Assembly: GCA_030696105.1 (NCBI GenBank)
Contig: JAUYNJ010000004.1
Location: 141,872-205,871, forward strand
DNA length: 64,000 bases
Source: a bacterium
GTDB lineage: Bacteria > Patescibacteriota > Patescibacteriia > Patescibacteriales > UBA12465
Direction: 5' to 3'
Shown: one piece after another, positions 29,533 through 38,995 of the stretch
Layout: every line of letters starts with the position of its first letter
Position numbering within the stretch: the first letter of the stretch is position 1
Notes under the pieces: generated by a model
Seen by the model: only the letters and a program-made list of their open reading frames with translations
Databases searched by the model: none
Told to the model about the DNA's origin: nothing
Position numbers and translations under genes: made by a program

Positions 29533-32443
29533 CTAAACCTTTTCCACCTGAATAGATAAATCTCCACTTTCCAGTTTTAGTTTCTTAATCGTGGACTTAG
29601 AATTAGATTTGCCAATATTAAGCTTAAGGGCAATAGTGGCCTTCTTAATATCTTCAGCAGCGGCAAATATCCACTTACTAGCCTCTTCATTTACCTCTAC
29701 ATAAATATTAATATCATCAGCTACGCTTAGACCAGCATCTTTGCGTAAAGCATTCACGGTTCTAATCACTTCTCGTTTATTGCCTTCTAATTGCAGCTCA
29801 AGAGTAATAACCGTATCTAAATTAACGGAAATATTGCCCTCGCCTCCCTGCCAAATAATTTCACGTACATTTAATTCATCAGCCAACAAACTAAAGTAAC
29901 CGTCACTTAGTTTATTGCCGCCCTTAAATTCAGCCGAGCAGAGCATCTGTCTAATTTTAATACTAGCGAGATCGCGAGCGGCCAGGGCCACTTCTACCCC
30001 CTTGCGCAAAGATTCCATTTGCCCCAGAACTTCTTGTTCGGTTTTTGTTGGTGCACCCAAGTCAGACCAGTTCTGCAAATGCACTGATTCATCGCGATTA
30101 TTAAATTTATTTCCAGAAACCTCTTGCCATAGGCGCTCGGCGGTAAAAGGCATAAAAGGAGCCATAATCTTAGCTAGCTCCAATAAAACAAATCTACTCA
30201 TAGCCAAAGCCTCTTGTTTATCTTTTTCATCATCACTCTTAAAGCGCTCGCGTGAGCGACGCAAATACCAGGTTGAGAGCTCGTCAATAAATTCGGTAAT
30301 TGGACGCATAGCTTTTGGTAGATTGTATTTTTCCATTGCTCCTGTCACCTCAATTAACAATAATTTTAATTTAGCCAAAATCCAAGCATCTAAAACGTTT
30401 TCAGAGACTACTTCCCGTCCGTCATACTCCGGTGCATAAGTTTCATAGAAGCGATAAACGTTCCATAAAGTCATCGCATTCTTACGCAATGATTCCTGCG
30501 CGCCACTTTCAGAAAAATTCAAATTCTCCGCTTGCATAACCGGTGACGATAATAGATAAGCACGCAAAGCATCGGCCCCATATTTTTCCATCACTAAGCT
30601 CGGATCAGGATAATTCTGTAATTTCTTAGACATCTTCTTGCCATCTTCGGCCAAAACAATGCCATTAACAATAACATGCTGAAAAGCATGACTGTCTTTA
30701 ATGCCGCCAGAAATGACGTGTAAATAATAAAACCAGGCTCGAGTCTGATCGGAACCCTCGGCGATAAACTGAGCGGGAAAATTTGCTTCCAATTTTTCTT
30801 TATTTTCAAAGGAGTAGTGAAGCTGGGCATAAGGCATAGAGCCAGACTCAAACCAACAATCAATCACGTCGCTAATACGGGTCATTTTTACACTACACTT
30901 AGAACAAGAAAAAGTTAGAGCATCAACTTTATCCTTATGAATATCATCAATTTTCTTGTCTTTTAATTTTAAGTCAGCCACTGAGGCTACAACGTGGCGA
31001 TGATCATTTTTACATTCCCAAATTGGAATAGCACTAGCCCAAAAACGCTGACGAGAAATTGACCAATCACGAGCCCCTTCCAGCCAATTACCAAAACGTC
31101 ATTTTTAATATAATCAGGCGACCAGTTAATTTCTTTAGCCGTTTCTAAAAGCTTATCTTTAATCTTTGTCACTCCCACAAACCAAGAAGAAGTAGCGTAA
31201 TTAATTAAAGGCGTATCGCAACGCCAGCGATGAGGATAGCTGTGTTCGTATTTTTCTTTATGAAATAAGAGATTATTAGCAGCTAGATATTTAATAATTT
31301 GAATATCAGTGGCCATGTGATCATCCATAGGCTTAACATGTAGCCCAAGGAAATCTTTTACTTCTTTCTTAAAGACGCCATCCATACCCACGTGCTGAAC
31401 AAAAGGCAAAGACTCCTGCTTACCTAATTTCATATCATCTTCACCAAAAGCGGGAGCGATATGAACTACTCCAGTACCTTCGTCGGTCGTCACAAACTCG
31501 GCCGCATAAATCTTCCAACCATTGTCTCTATTTTCTAAATTCTTATCATCAGAATAATAATTAAAGAGAGGTTTATAGGCTTTACCAATTAAATCTGAGC
31601 CTTTGAAAGTATCTAATACTTCATTTTCTTTTTCTTTCATCACTTCAACTAAACGTTCCTTGGCAACAATAAAAATTCCCTCTTCTGTTTTTACCTTCAC
31701 ATAATCAATCTCACCCCCAATTGCTAAAGCGACATTGCCAATAAGCGTCCAAGGAGTGGTTGTCCAAGCAAGCACATATGTTCCCGGTTCTTCCACTAAT
31801 TCAAATTTAGCAATTGTAGACAAATCTTTAATATCTCGATAGCCTTCTGTTACCTCTGATTGTGATAAAGTTGTTTCACAGCGTGGACAGATATGCATAG
31901 AGCGATAATCCTTGTAAATTAAACCCCTGTCCCACAACTGCTTGAAGGTCCACCAAATGCTTTCCATATAATCAAGATCCATGGTCTTATAGGCATTGTC
32001 AAAATCAACCCAACGACCAAGGCGGGTAATCACTCGCCCCCATTCTTCGGCATCGGTTAAAACTTTAGAGCGACATAAGTCATTGAACTTGCCTACGCCC
32101 AATTCTTCAATATCTTTCTTACTTTTTGTGCCCAGTTCTTTTTCCACGATATTTTCAATCGGTAAGCCATGACAATCCCAGCCCCATTTACGTTCCACCT
32201 GATAATCGCGCATCGTTTGATAACGCGGAACCGCGTCTTTCATTAAACTGGCCACTAAATGACCATAGTGAGGCGTGCCGGTAGCAAAAGGAGGTCCGTC
32301 ACAGAAAACGTAATCACCTTTAGGAGAATCTTCACCAAGGACTTATCAAAAGTATGAGACTCCTGCCAAAAATCTAACACTTTATTTTCGGCCTCAGGAA
32401 AGGTTAAGGCTGGAGTTTCTGTTTTATCTTGCTTTGAAGACAT
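29533..32443 (-). pseudogene. ileS: Isoleucine--tRNA ligase (type 2), split by two 1-bp deletions
   Basis: Joining frames at ~32331 and ~31100 gives a continuous IleRS: DGPPFATGTPHYGH (HIGH), GWDCHGLP, WTTTPWTL, ARDWSISRQRFW, DQTRAWFY, KMSKK. Confidence 0.9.
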
Positions 32444-32486
32444 AATATTTTAAAAATTTATTTACGCAAATATATAGCTTTAAATC

Positions 32487-33053
32487 TTACTCGAATTTTT
32501 CAACTGCTCTATCTCTGCCAGATCCCTTATTCCATTGCACAGGTTTTGTTTTTATATCTTTTTTATGTGATTTTTCTTGTGCAGCTTGTAGGGACATCTC
32601 CTGTTTAGCAACTTCCAAATACTTTAAGTACAAACGAGCACTATCGCGATAAATCTCCTCATCATGCAGGTCGGGATTAACTAAGGTCTGATAAGCTCGC
32701 TGTTTATCTTCGCCGGGGAGAGCGGCTTCATAAGATGCCCTTAACATCAGCATTCTAATTTCATAAGCCTTAATTTCTGGCATAATATCGGCAAAATCAG
32801 CAATCTTCAACAAATCTTCTCTGGCTCGTAATAGCTTTAAACGTTTTAACTTTATTTCCGCTTCTTTTTTAAGCGCCTCCTCCCTCTTGATTAGAGACTC
32901 GGAAATTAAATCTTCCTTTTTTGCTTCAGTATCTTTATCTGCGGCACAAGCTTCAATCCCTTCTTCATTCTTAACATCATCCTCATCAATATTTTCGATT
33001 TCATGCTTACTGGGCTCAAAAATATTTAAAAAATTTAATTGTTTTTCCGACAT
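32487..33053 (-). CDS. Hypothetical charged/coiled-coil protein
   Basis: 188-aa ORF, E/K rich, no recognised motif. Confidence 0.7.
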   Translation of the reverse strand: MSEKQLNFLNIFEPSKHEIENIDEDDVKNEEGIEACAADKDTEAKKEDLISESLIKREEALKKEAEIKLKRLKLLRAREDLLKIADFADIMPEIKAYEIRMLMLRASYEAALPGEDKQRAYQTLVNPDLHDEEIYRDSARLYLKYLEVAKQEMSLQAAQEKSHKKDIKTKPVQWNKGSGRDRAVEKFE

Positions 33054-33064
33054 ATGTTTATTAA

Positions 33065-33496
33065 TTATTTTCTAGATAAAGTAACTAAGTCTTTAATTCC
33101 TGGTAAAGTATCTAATTTTTCCACTTCGGTTAAATCAAACCAGGACACTTCGCTTACTTTCTCTTCACCTGACTTCGGAGTTCCACTAATTATTTCTGCC
33201 TCATAGCAAAAAACAACTGCCTAAATTTTCCCGCCACTACTCGTCTCCCATAACCGGGACTGAACAAGTGGTAATAGTTTAATAATTTTTATCTCACAAC
33301 TTTTTTCCTCAAGACATTCCCTTATTACGGTCTGCTCCGGGCTTTCGCCGAAATCAATGCGGCCACCAGGAAATTCCCATTTTTCATTGGCCTTAGGAAT
33401 AATTTTATCTAATCGTTTCTGTAAAAGAATCTTGCCTTCAGCATTCTTAATTAAGGCCAACGTTACTATCAATTGTTTTTCCTCTTTTTCATTCAT
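33065..33496 (-). pseudogene. NUDIX hydrolase interrupted by an in-frame TAG
   Basis: WEFPGGRIDFGESPEQTVIRECLEE Nudix box; after TAG at 33221-33223 the same frame continues AVVFCYEAEII...EVSWFDL...LPGIKDLVTLSRK to TAA at 33065. Confidence 0.85.
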
Positions 33497-33526
33497 ATAA
33501 TTATTCTTAAAACCCTATCTGCTTCT

Positions 33527-34351
33527 TTATTTTTTATCGGATAAAAATTTATTCCCAGAAATAATTGATTTTCCCGTTTGTTTTTCTAATTCCTTCCTGG
33601 CCTTACCAGCCACACCGCCGCCTTTTTTAGCAACCACTCTATTTTTCATAAAAGTATCAGGCTTTTCTGTTTTAGAAATTTCAGTAGTTGAAACTTCGGC
33701 TAACATATTTAAAACAAGCTCCAAATTAGTCATGTTATCACGCAAATTTTCACTCTTCAGATTTTTTATCTTTTTGTATTCCTTAATCTTTATGCCCGCC
33801 CAAGCAAAAGTAATATCATCTGTTAAAATAGCAAATTCATTACTTTTATTAACCCCTCTTTCACTCCATTCGTCAGTCAGATCCTTTCTGATTTCAATGC
33901 TTTTCAATCTTAAATCAACCCAGTCCTTAGAATACCCCTTCTTTAAATAAGTAGCCAATGATCGCTGAATTCCTTTTTCAGGATCTTCTATTTCCTCTAC
34001 CCGCTCATAACCAACGCGAGCCAACCATTGCTTAAAAGGCTCTGCTTTAGGTGACGGAATAGATTGAATAATACGAAAAATTGTTTCAGTGTCAGCGGCA
34101 TCAGATAAATAATATTTACCATCTTTAGCTAAAAATTTCAGTTGGTGACATTTTGTCACCACCTCACTGCCCTCATCACGTAATCTCTGCGCCAACTTAT
34201 TCCAATACTTTCTTTTATCAGCACTATCCGTTAACACTCCAACAATATCCACCACCGAAAAATACCATTTTTCTTTTTCTCCATCCCAAACTCGTCGAAT
34301 TTCTCGACCCGAAAAAATAGCCATTTTTTGCGTCTTTGTCTTATTGTTCAT
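33527..34351 (-). CDS. Bro-N domain protein (phage antirepressor-like family)
   Basis: IRRVWD...WYFSVVDIV, YWNKL..RL, DGK.Y.SD.AD, RIIQSIPSPKAEPFK.WLA.VG.ER, ENLRDNMT.LEL. Confidence 0.85.
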   Translation of the reverse strand: MNNKTKTQKMAIFSGREIRRVWDGEKEKWYFSVVDIVGVLTDSADKRKYWNKLAQRLRDEGSEVVTKCHQLKFLAKDGKYYLSDAADTETIFRIIQSIPSPKAEPFKQWLARVGYERVEEIEDPEKGIQRSLATYLKKGYSKDWVDLRLKSIEIRKDLTDEWSERGVNKSNEFAILTDDITFAWAGIKIKEYKKIKNLKSENLRDNMTNLELVLNMLAEVSTTEISKTEKPDTFMKNRVVAKKGGGVAGKARKELEKQTGKSIISGNKFLSDKK

Positions 34352-34419
34352 ACTGTTTAATGATTAGTAAATTATACTAATCATTGTATCAAAACTAAGA
34401 TGAAGATAAGATAAAAATT

Positions 34420-35058
34420 TTATTCTTTGATTATCTTGCCTACAATATCAAAAATAACCTCATTAGCGTCTTCCTTTTCAATCTTAATGCCAATTTTATT
34501 TATCTCAATCTTTCTGAAAAAATCGGAGATATTGATTGATTTTAATTTTTTGTAAATAACTTCTTGACTATCTTCCGGTCTCAGAACTCCATTAATTATC
34601 AAATTATTCTCATTAAAATCATTATATAATTCTGAAAATGAATCAAAATCTGGAATTTTACCTTTCTTTTTAAAACTGGAAAAATTTGATTCTAATTTTT
34701 CTAATACATCAGGACGAAATTTTTTAACCCTTTCCATTCCTCTTATAAAAGCATCCTTCTCTCTTTCAATGTTTCTTTCTGCTTCATCTTCACTAGCATT
34801 AATATTGGGATTAGCTGATTCCTGCATTAGATGTCCAAGTTCATGAATTATAACATTCCAAGAATAAAAAATATCTCCGTGCGGGTATCTAACCTGCAGA
34901 TTTTTTCCATCTTCTAACATTCTGCCGGAACCCTGACATTCCAATGGCCAGCCAAGAGAACGAATTTTAGACGAGATTTTTTTAGGCAGCTCATCTAAGG
35001 CAATTATATTCTCTTTTTTTATTTCTATTTTATTTTGTTCTATTTTTTCAAAATTCAT
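34420..35058 (-). CDS. Hypothetical protein with an HExxH motif
   Basis: VIIHELGH plus downstream EREKDAF; start set at MNFEK (35058); very AT-rich. Confidence 0.65.
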   Translation of the reverse strand: MNFEKIEQNKIEIKKENIIALDELPKKISSKIRSLGWPLECQGSGRMLEDGKNLQVRYPHGDIFYSWNVIIHELGHLMQESANPNINASEDEAERNIEREKDAFIRGMERVKKFRPDVLEKLESNFSSFKKKGKIPDFDSFSELYNDFNENNLIINGVLRPEDSQEVIYKKLKSINISDFFRKIEINKIGIKIEKEDANEVIFDIVGKIIKE

Positions 35059-35078
35059 ATTATTTATTCCCCATAATC

Positions 35079-37823
35079 TTAAGCCCCGTGACACTTCTTA
35101 TACTTCTTCCCGCTACCACAAGGACAGGGGTCGTTTCGGCCAATGACTTTTCCGGACTCATCCTTCGCCTTCTCGCGGACGAGATCAAAATTATCTCGCT
35201 TCTCGCTCAGTTTCTCCATTTCTTTTGGAGCACCCTCAAGTCTCAGATTTTTCGGCTGTTCACTTTCTCCCAGTTTAATTACCGCTGAAGGCGCCGCGCG
35301 CAAAGCGTCGGCTGTTTTGTATATTGAATAGGCGAGTTGCTGACGAATTAATTCTTTTAAGTCATGGTACATGCGGTAGGCTTCTTTCTTGTATTCGACG
35401 AGCGGATCACGTTGTCCATAACCGCGTAGACCAATGCCGCGACGCATATAATCCATTGTTTCCAGGTGCTCAACCCACATCTGATCAATTGAGCGCAGCA
35501 ACATACCTTTCGCGACTTCACGGAAATCGACATTGGCTTCAGTAAAGCTTTTGACTAAACGTTCATAGGTGTCAGCGGCAGCATCTTTCAGATACTTTAA
35601 CACTGCTTCGCGTCCCGTCTCCTCACCCACTCCAGCGACTTCCTTTAATCTATCCAGCAAGTTCTTGTCGGCGGAAAACATCGTCCGCATTGTTTCCGCA
35701 ATTTCCTGTAGATTCCATTCTTCCGCCTTATCACCAACTGTATGGAAGGAGACAATCTTGGTAATTTCTTCGTTTACCAATTCCGCAATCATGTTACCTA
35801 AACGCTCCAAACCAGTCGGTTCACCTTCCTTTTCTTTACTCTCAGCGGCTTCAAGTATTTCACGGCGACGTCTATAGATAGACTCGCGGTGTTTATTAAT
35901 AACATCATCGTATTCAACTAAATGTTTTCTGATATCAAAATTATTGCCTTCAACTTTTTTCTGAGCTGATTCGAGAGATTTTGAAATCATGCTGTTTTCA
36001 ATCGGCACATCAGATGGCAATTTAAGTGTGTTCATCATTCGCTTCATGCGGTCACCGCCGAAAATGCGCATCAAATCATCTTCGGTTGAGACATAGAACT
36101 GAGAAGAACCAGGATCACCTTGGCGTCCAGCACGACCACGCAACTGATTATCAATACGACGTGACTCGTGTCTTTCGGTCCCGATGACATGTAAGCCGCC
36201 AAGTTCACGGACTCTTTCCTGTTCAGCCTTCGCCACACTAACCTGAGCTGGGTCAGCACTATCAGGGTTACCACCTAAAATGATATCAACACCACGACCA
36301 GCCATATTCGTAGCTAGTGTAATAGCGCCGGGTCGCCCTGCTTGAGCAATAATTTCAGCTTCCTTCTGATGATTCTTCGCATTCAACATTTGCGGGCGCA
36401 AACCTTCACGCTCCATCATGTTGGCTAAAACCTCATTTCTCTCAATTGAAATCGTACCGATTAAAACCGGTTGCCCCTTCTCCGCACGCATCTTCACGTC
36501 TCTAATCACCGCCGCGTACTTATCTTCTTCGGTGCGATAGATTAAATCATTTAAATCTTTACGGACGTTGGGCTTATTCGTCGGGATAACAATTGTCTCC
36601 AGCTTATATATTTTATGAAATTCTTCTGCTTCGGTTAAAGCCGTTCCCGTCATACCGGATAACTTGTTATACATACGGAAAAGATTCTGGAAGGTGATGG
36701 TCGCCATCGTCTGTGATTCTTTCTGCACTTTAACCCCTTCCTTCGCTTCAATCGCTTGATGCAAGCCTTCACTATAGCGGCGACCCTGCATCATGCGTCC
36801 GGTAAATTCATCAACAATGATAATCTCATCGTCTTTGACAACGTAATCGCGGTCTTTATGGAAAAGCACTCTTGCCTTTAAAGCTTGTTCAAGATGATGC
36901 ACCTCTTTAACGCCACCGGTTACATAAATATTGCCGATGCCGAGCCATTCTTCAATTTTATTAATACCAGCCTCAGTTAAGGTTGCCGCTTTCAGTTTTT
37001 CGTCAACATTATAATCTTCATTTTCGGTTAAACGCTGCACTAACTGCGAAAACTTCTGATACTTGTCAGTTGATTCTTCGGCGGGGGCGCTGATAATGAG
37101 CGGGGTGCGAGCTTCATCAATGAGAATTGAGTCGATTTCATCGACGATGGCGTAATTCAAAGTGCGCTGCACCGTCTGCCCGAGATTATAGGCCATGTTG
37201 TCGCGCAAAAAATCGAAACCAAATTCATTATTGGTACCATAGGTGATGTCACAGTAATATGCAGCCCGACGTGGAATCGGACGGAAGTGGCGCAAGCGCT
37301 CATCGTACTGATTTTCATCATTGTATTCTGGATCATATTGATAAGCGGCATCATGCACGATGACGCTCGTTGTGAGACCGAGAGCGTGATATAAAGGCGC
37401 CATCCAACCAGCGCCAACACGCGCCAAATAATCATTAACCGTCACTAAGTGCACGCCCTTGCCTTCAAGAGCGTTTAAATACATCGGTAGGGTCGCGACC
37501 AGCGTTTTACCTTCACCCGTCTTCATTTCCGCAATCTGTCCACGGTGTAAGACGATGCCACCAATTAACTGCACATCGTAATGCCTTTGATTAAGAATAC
37601 GCGAAGAAGCCTCGCGCATGTTCGCGAAGGCTTCAGGTAAGAGCGCGTCCAAAGATTCACCCTTAGCTAACCTTTCCTTAAATTCACGTGTCTTCCCCTC
37701 CAACTCTTCAGTTTGCAGAGATTTAAAAGCAGCTTCAAAGGAATTGATCTGGGCAACTGTTTTCCCAATTTCTTTAATAATTTTTTCGTTCGGATCGCCC
37801 ATCAGGGCGTTAAAGATATTCAT
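35079..37823 (-). CDS. secA: Preprotein translocase ATPase SecA
   Basis: MKTGEGKT, VTVNDYLA, IVDEIDSILIDEARTPLIIS, ATNMAGRG, RIDNQLRGRAGRQGDPG, C-terminal SEC-C GRNDPCPCGSGKKYKKCHG. Confidence 0.98.
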   Translation of the reverse strand: MNIFNALMGDPNEKIIKEIGKTVAQINSFEAAFKSLQTEELEGKTREFKERLAKGESLDALLPEAFANMREASSRILNQRHYDVQLIGGIVLHRGQIAEMKTGEGKTLVATLPMYLNALEGKGVHLVTVNDYLARVGAGWMAPLYHALGLTTSVIVHDAAYQYDPEYNDENQYDERLRHFRPIPRRAAYYCDITYGTNNEFGFDFLRDNMAYNLGQTVQRTLNYAIVDEIDSILIDEARTPLIISAPAEESTDKYQKFSQLVQRLTENEDYNVDEKLKAATLTEAGINKIEEWLGIGNIYVTGGVKEVHHLEQALKARVLFHKDRDYVVKDDEIIIVDEFTGRMMQGRRYSEGLHQAIEAKEGVKVQKESQTMATITFQNLFRMYNKLSGMTGTALTEAEEFHKIYKLETIVIPTNKPNVRKDLNDLIYRTEEDKYAAVIRDVKMRAEKGQPVLIGTISIERNEVLANMMEREGLRPQMLNAKNHQKEAEIIAQAGRPGAITLATNMAGRGVDIILGGNPDSADPAQVSVAKAEQERVRELGGLHVIGTERHESRRIDNQLRGRAGRQGDPGSSQFYVSTEDDLMRIFGGDRMKRMMNTLKLPSDVPIENSMISKSLESAQKKVEGNNFDIRKHLVEYDDVINKHRESIYRRRREILEAAESKEKEGEPTGLERLGNMIAELVNEEITKIVSFHTVGDKAEEWNLQEIAETMRTMFSADKNLLDRLKEVAGVGEETGREAVLKYLKDAAADTYERLVKSFTEANVDFREVAKGMLLRSIDQMWVEHLETMDYMRRGIGLRGYGQRDPLVEYKKEAYRMYHDLKELIRQQLAYSIYKTADALRAAPSAVIKLGESEQPKNLRLEGAPKEMEKLSEKRDNFDLVREKAKDESGKVIGRNDPCPCGSGKKYKKCHGA

Positions 37824-37947
37824 AGGTTTACATTAATTGGCAATAATAAGACAAAATACGCCTAATGCGCTATTTTCAGTATAATATGCTTTAGTGATTA
37901 AATAAATATTGACTGAAATTACTAATAATGTCGGCGGTATTTACATC

Positions 37948-37976
37948 AAAAAACCCATCAAGCGTCGATGGGTTTT
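37948..37976 (-). terminator. Intrinsic terminator after nrdB
   Basis: AAAACCCATC-AAGCGTC-GATGGGTTTT with an A6 run on the plus strand. Confidence 0.8.
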
Positions 37977-37986
37977 ATTTGTTCTC

Positions 37987-38964
37987 TTATTTATGCGCGC
38001 GGTTATCAACCTCGTAGTTTGTATTCTGTGTTTCGAAGAAATTGACGAGCTGCAAAGTGTCGGTTTCCGTCGCCATCCACTGAGCCGGATTTACATCATT
38101 ATAATGTGGTTCAAAGCCGAGTTCTTCCAAACGGCGGTCAGCGATGTAGCGGACATACTGATTAACGTAATCGGCATTTAAACCTAAAATGCCCCGAGGG
38201 AACATGTCATTATTATAAGCGACCTCCATCTCTACCGCCTCAATCACCATGTTCTTTATTTCCGCTGCAAATTCAGGAGTGCTCAAATCATCATTCTCTT
38301 CAAGAATTGTCAGAATGAGATTAATACCGAATTTTAAATGCAAGCTCTCATCGCGCACCACCCAGTCAATCATTGAGGCGAAATTCTTGAGCTGCTGCTT
38401 CTGACGAAATGATAGTGCGACCATAAAACCGCTATAGAACCAAATGCCTTCCATCACGATGTTATAGGCAATTAAATTACGCACAAAATCTTTCTTGCCC
38501 TCCAGTGTTTCAATATCCATCTGCTCAGACATACGGAGGGTGAATTTGGTAATATAATCTTCCTTCGCCTTAATTGAAGACGTCTCGCGATGACGCTTAA
38601 AAATTAATTCCCGGTCGAGTGGGAAAGTCTCGAGTACGTACTCAAAGGCCATCGAGTGATTTGCCTCCTCCCACATTTGTTTCGCGAGGTAAAGATGTGT
38701 TTCCGGGGCCTTTAAATATGGATAGACACCGAGAGCGAGTGAACGATTAACAATCAGCTCGGCTGGATTGAAAAAGCTCATTAAGAATGAGACGGCGTGA
38801 CGTTCATCCTCACTCATCTTCTTAAAGTCTTCAAGGTCTTCACCTAAAGATATTTCGTGCGGGAACCAGGTATTGGCTACCGCCTGATTATATAAGTCAT
38901 AGGCCCACTGATATTTAATCGGGCGCAGTTGCATGTCTTCGTTTAAGGGTCTTCCTAAAATCAT
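37987..38964 (-). CDS. nrdB: Ribonucleotide reductase beta subunit, class Ic-like (R2c)
   Basis: Ferritin-like ligands E69, E100, H103, E172, E206, H209; Phe107 at the radical-Tyr position; C-terminal FFETQNTNY. Confidence 0.93.
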   Translation of the reverse strand: MILGRPLNEDMQLRPIKYQWAYDLYNQAVANTWFPHEISLGEDLEDFKKMSEDERHAVSFLMSFFNPAELIVNRSLALGVYPYLKAPETHLYLAKQMWEEANHSMAFEYVLETFPLDRELIFKRHRETSSIKAKEDYITKFTLRMSEQMDIETLEGKKDFVRNLIAYNIVMEGIWFYSGFMVALSFRQKQQLKNFASMIDWVVRDESLHLKFGINLILTILEENDDLSTPEFAAEIKNMVIEAVEMEVAYNNDMFPRGILGLNADYVNQYVRYIADRRLEELGFEPHYNDVNPAQWMATETDTLQLVNFFETQNTNYEVDNRAHK

Positions 38965-38995
38965 ATGTATTGTTATTTAAGTATTTGTAATTATT

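Noticed and set aside
31095..32340. Programmed -1 frameshifting to explain the split ileS
   Set aside because: No slippery heptamer at ~32331. Slippage on the A run near 31102-31106 would meet a TGA immediately. Accompanying missense changes point to decay or error.
32487..35058. Prophage
   Set aside because: Only a Bro-N gene is phage-associated; no integrase, terminase or structural genes, and no att pair found.
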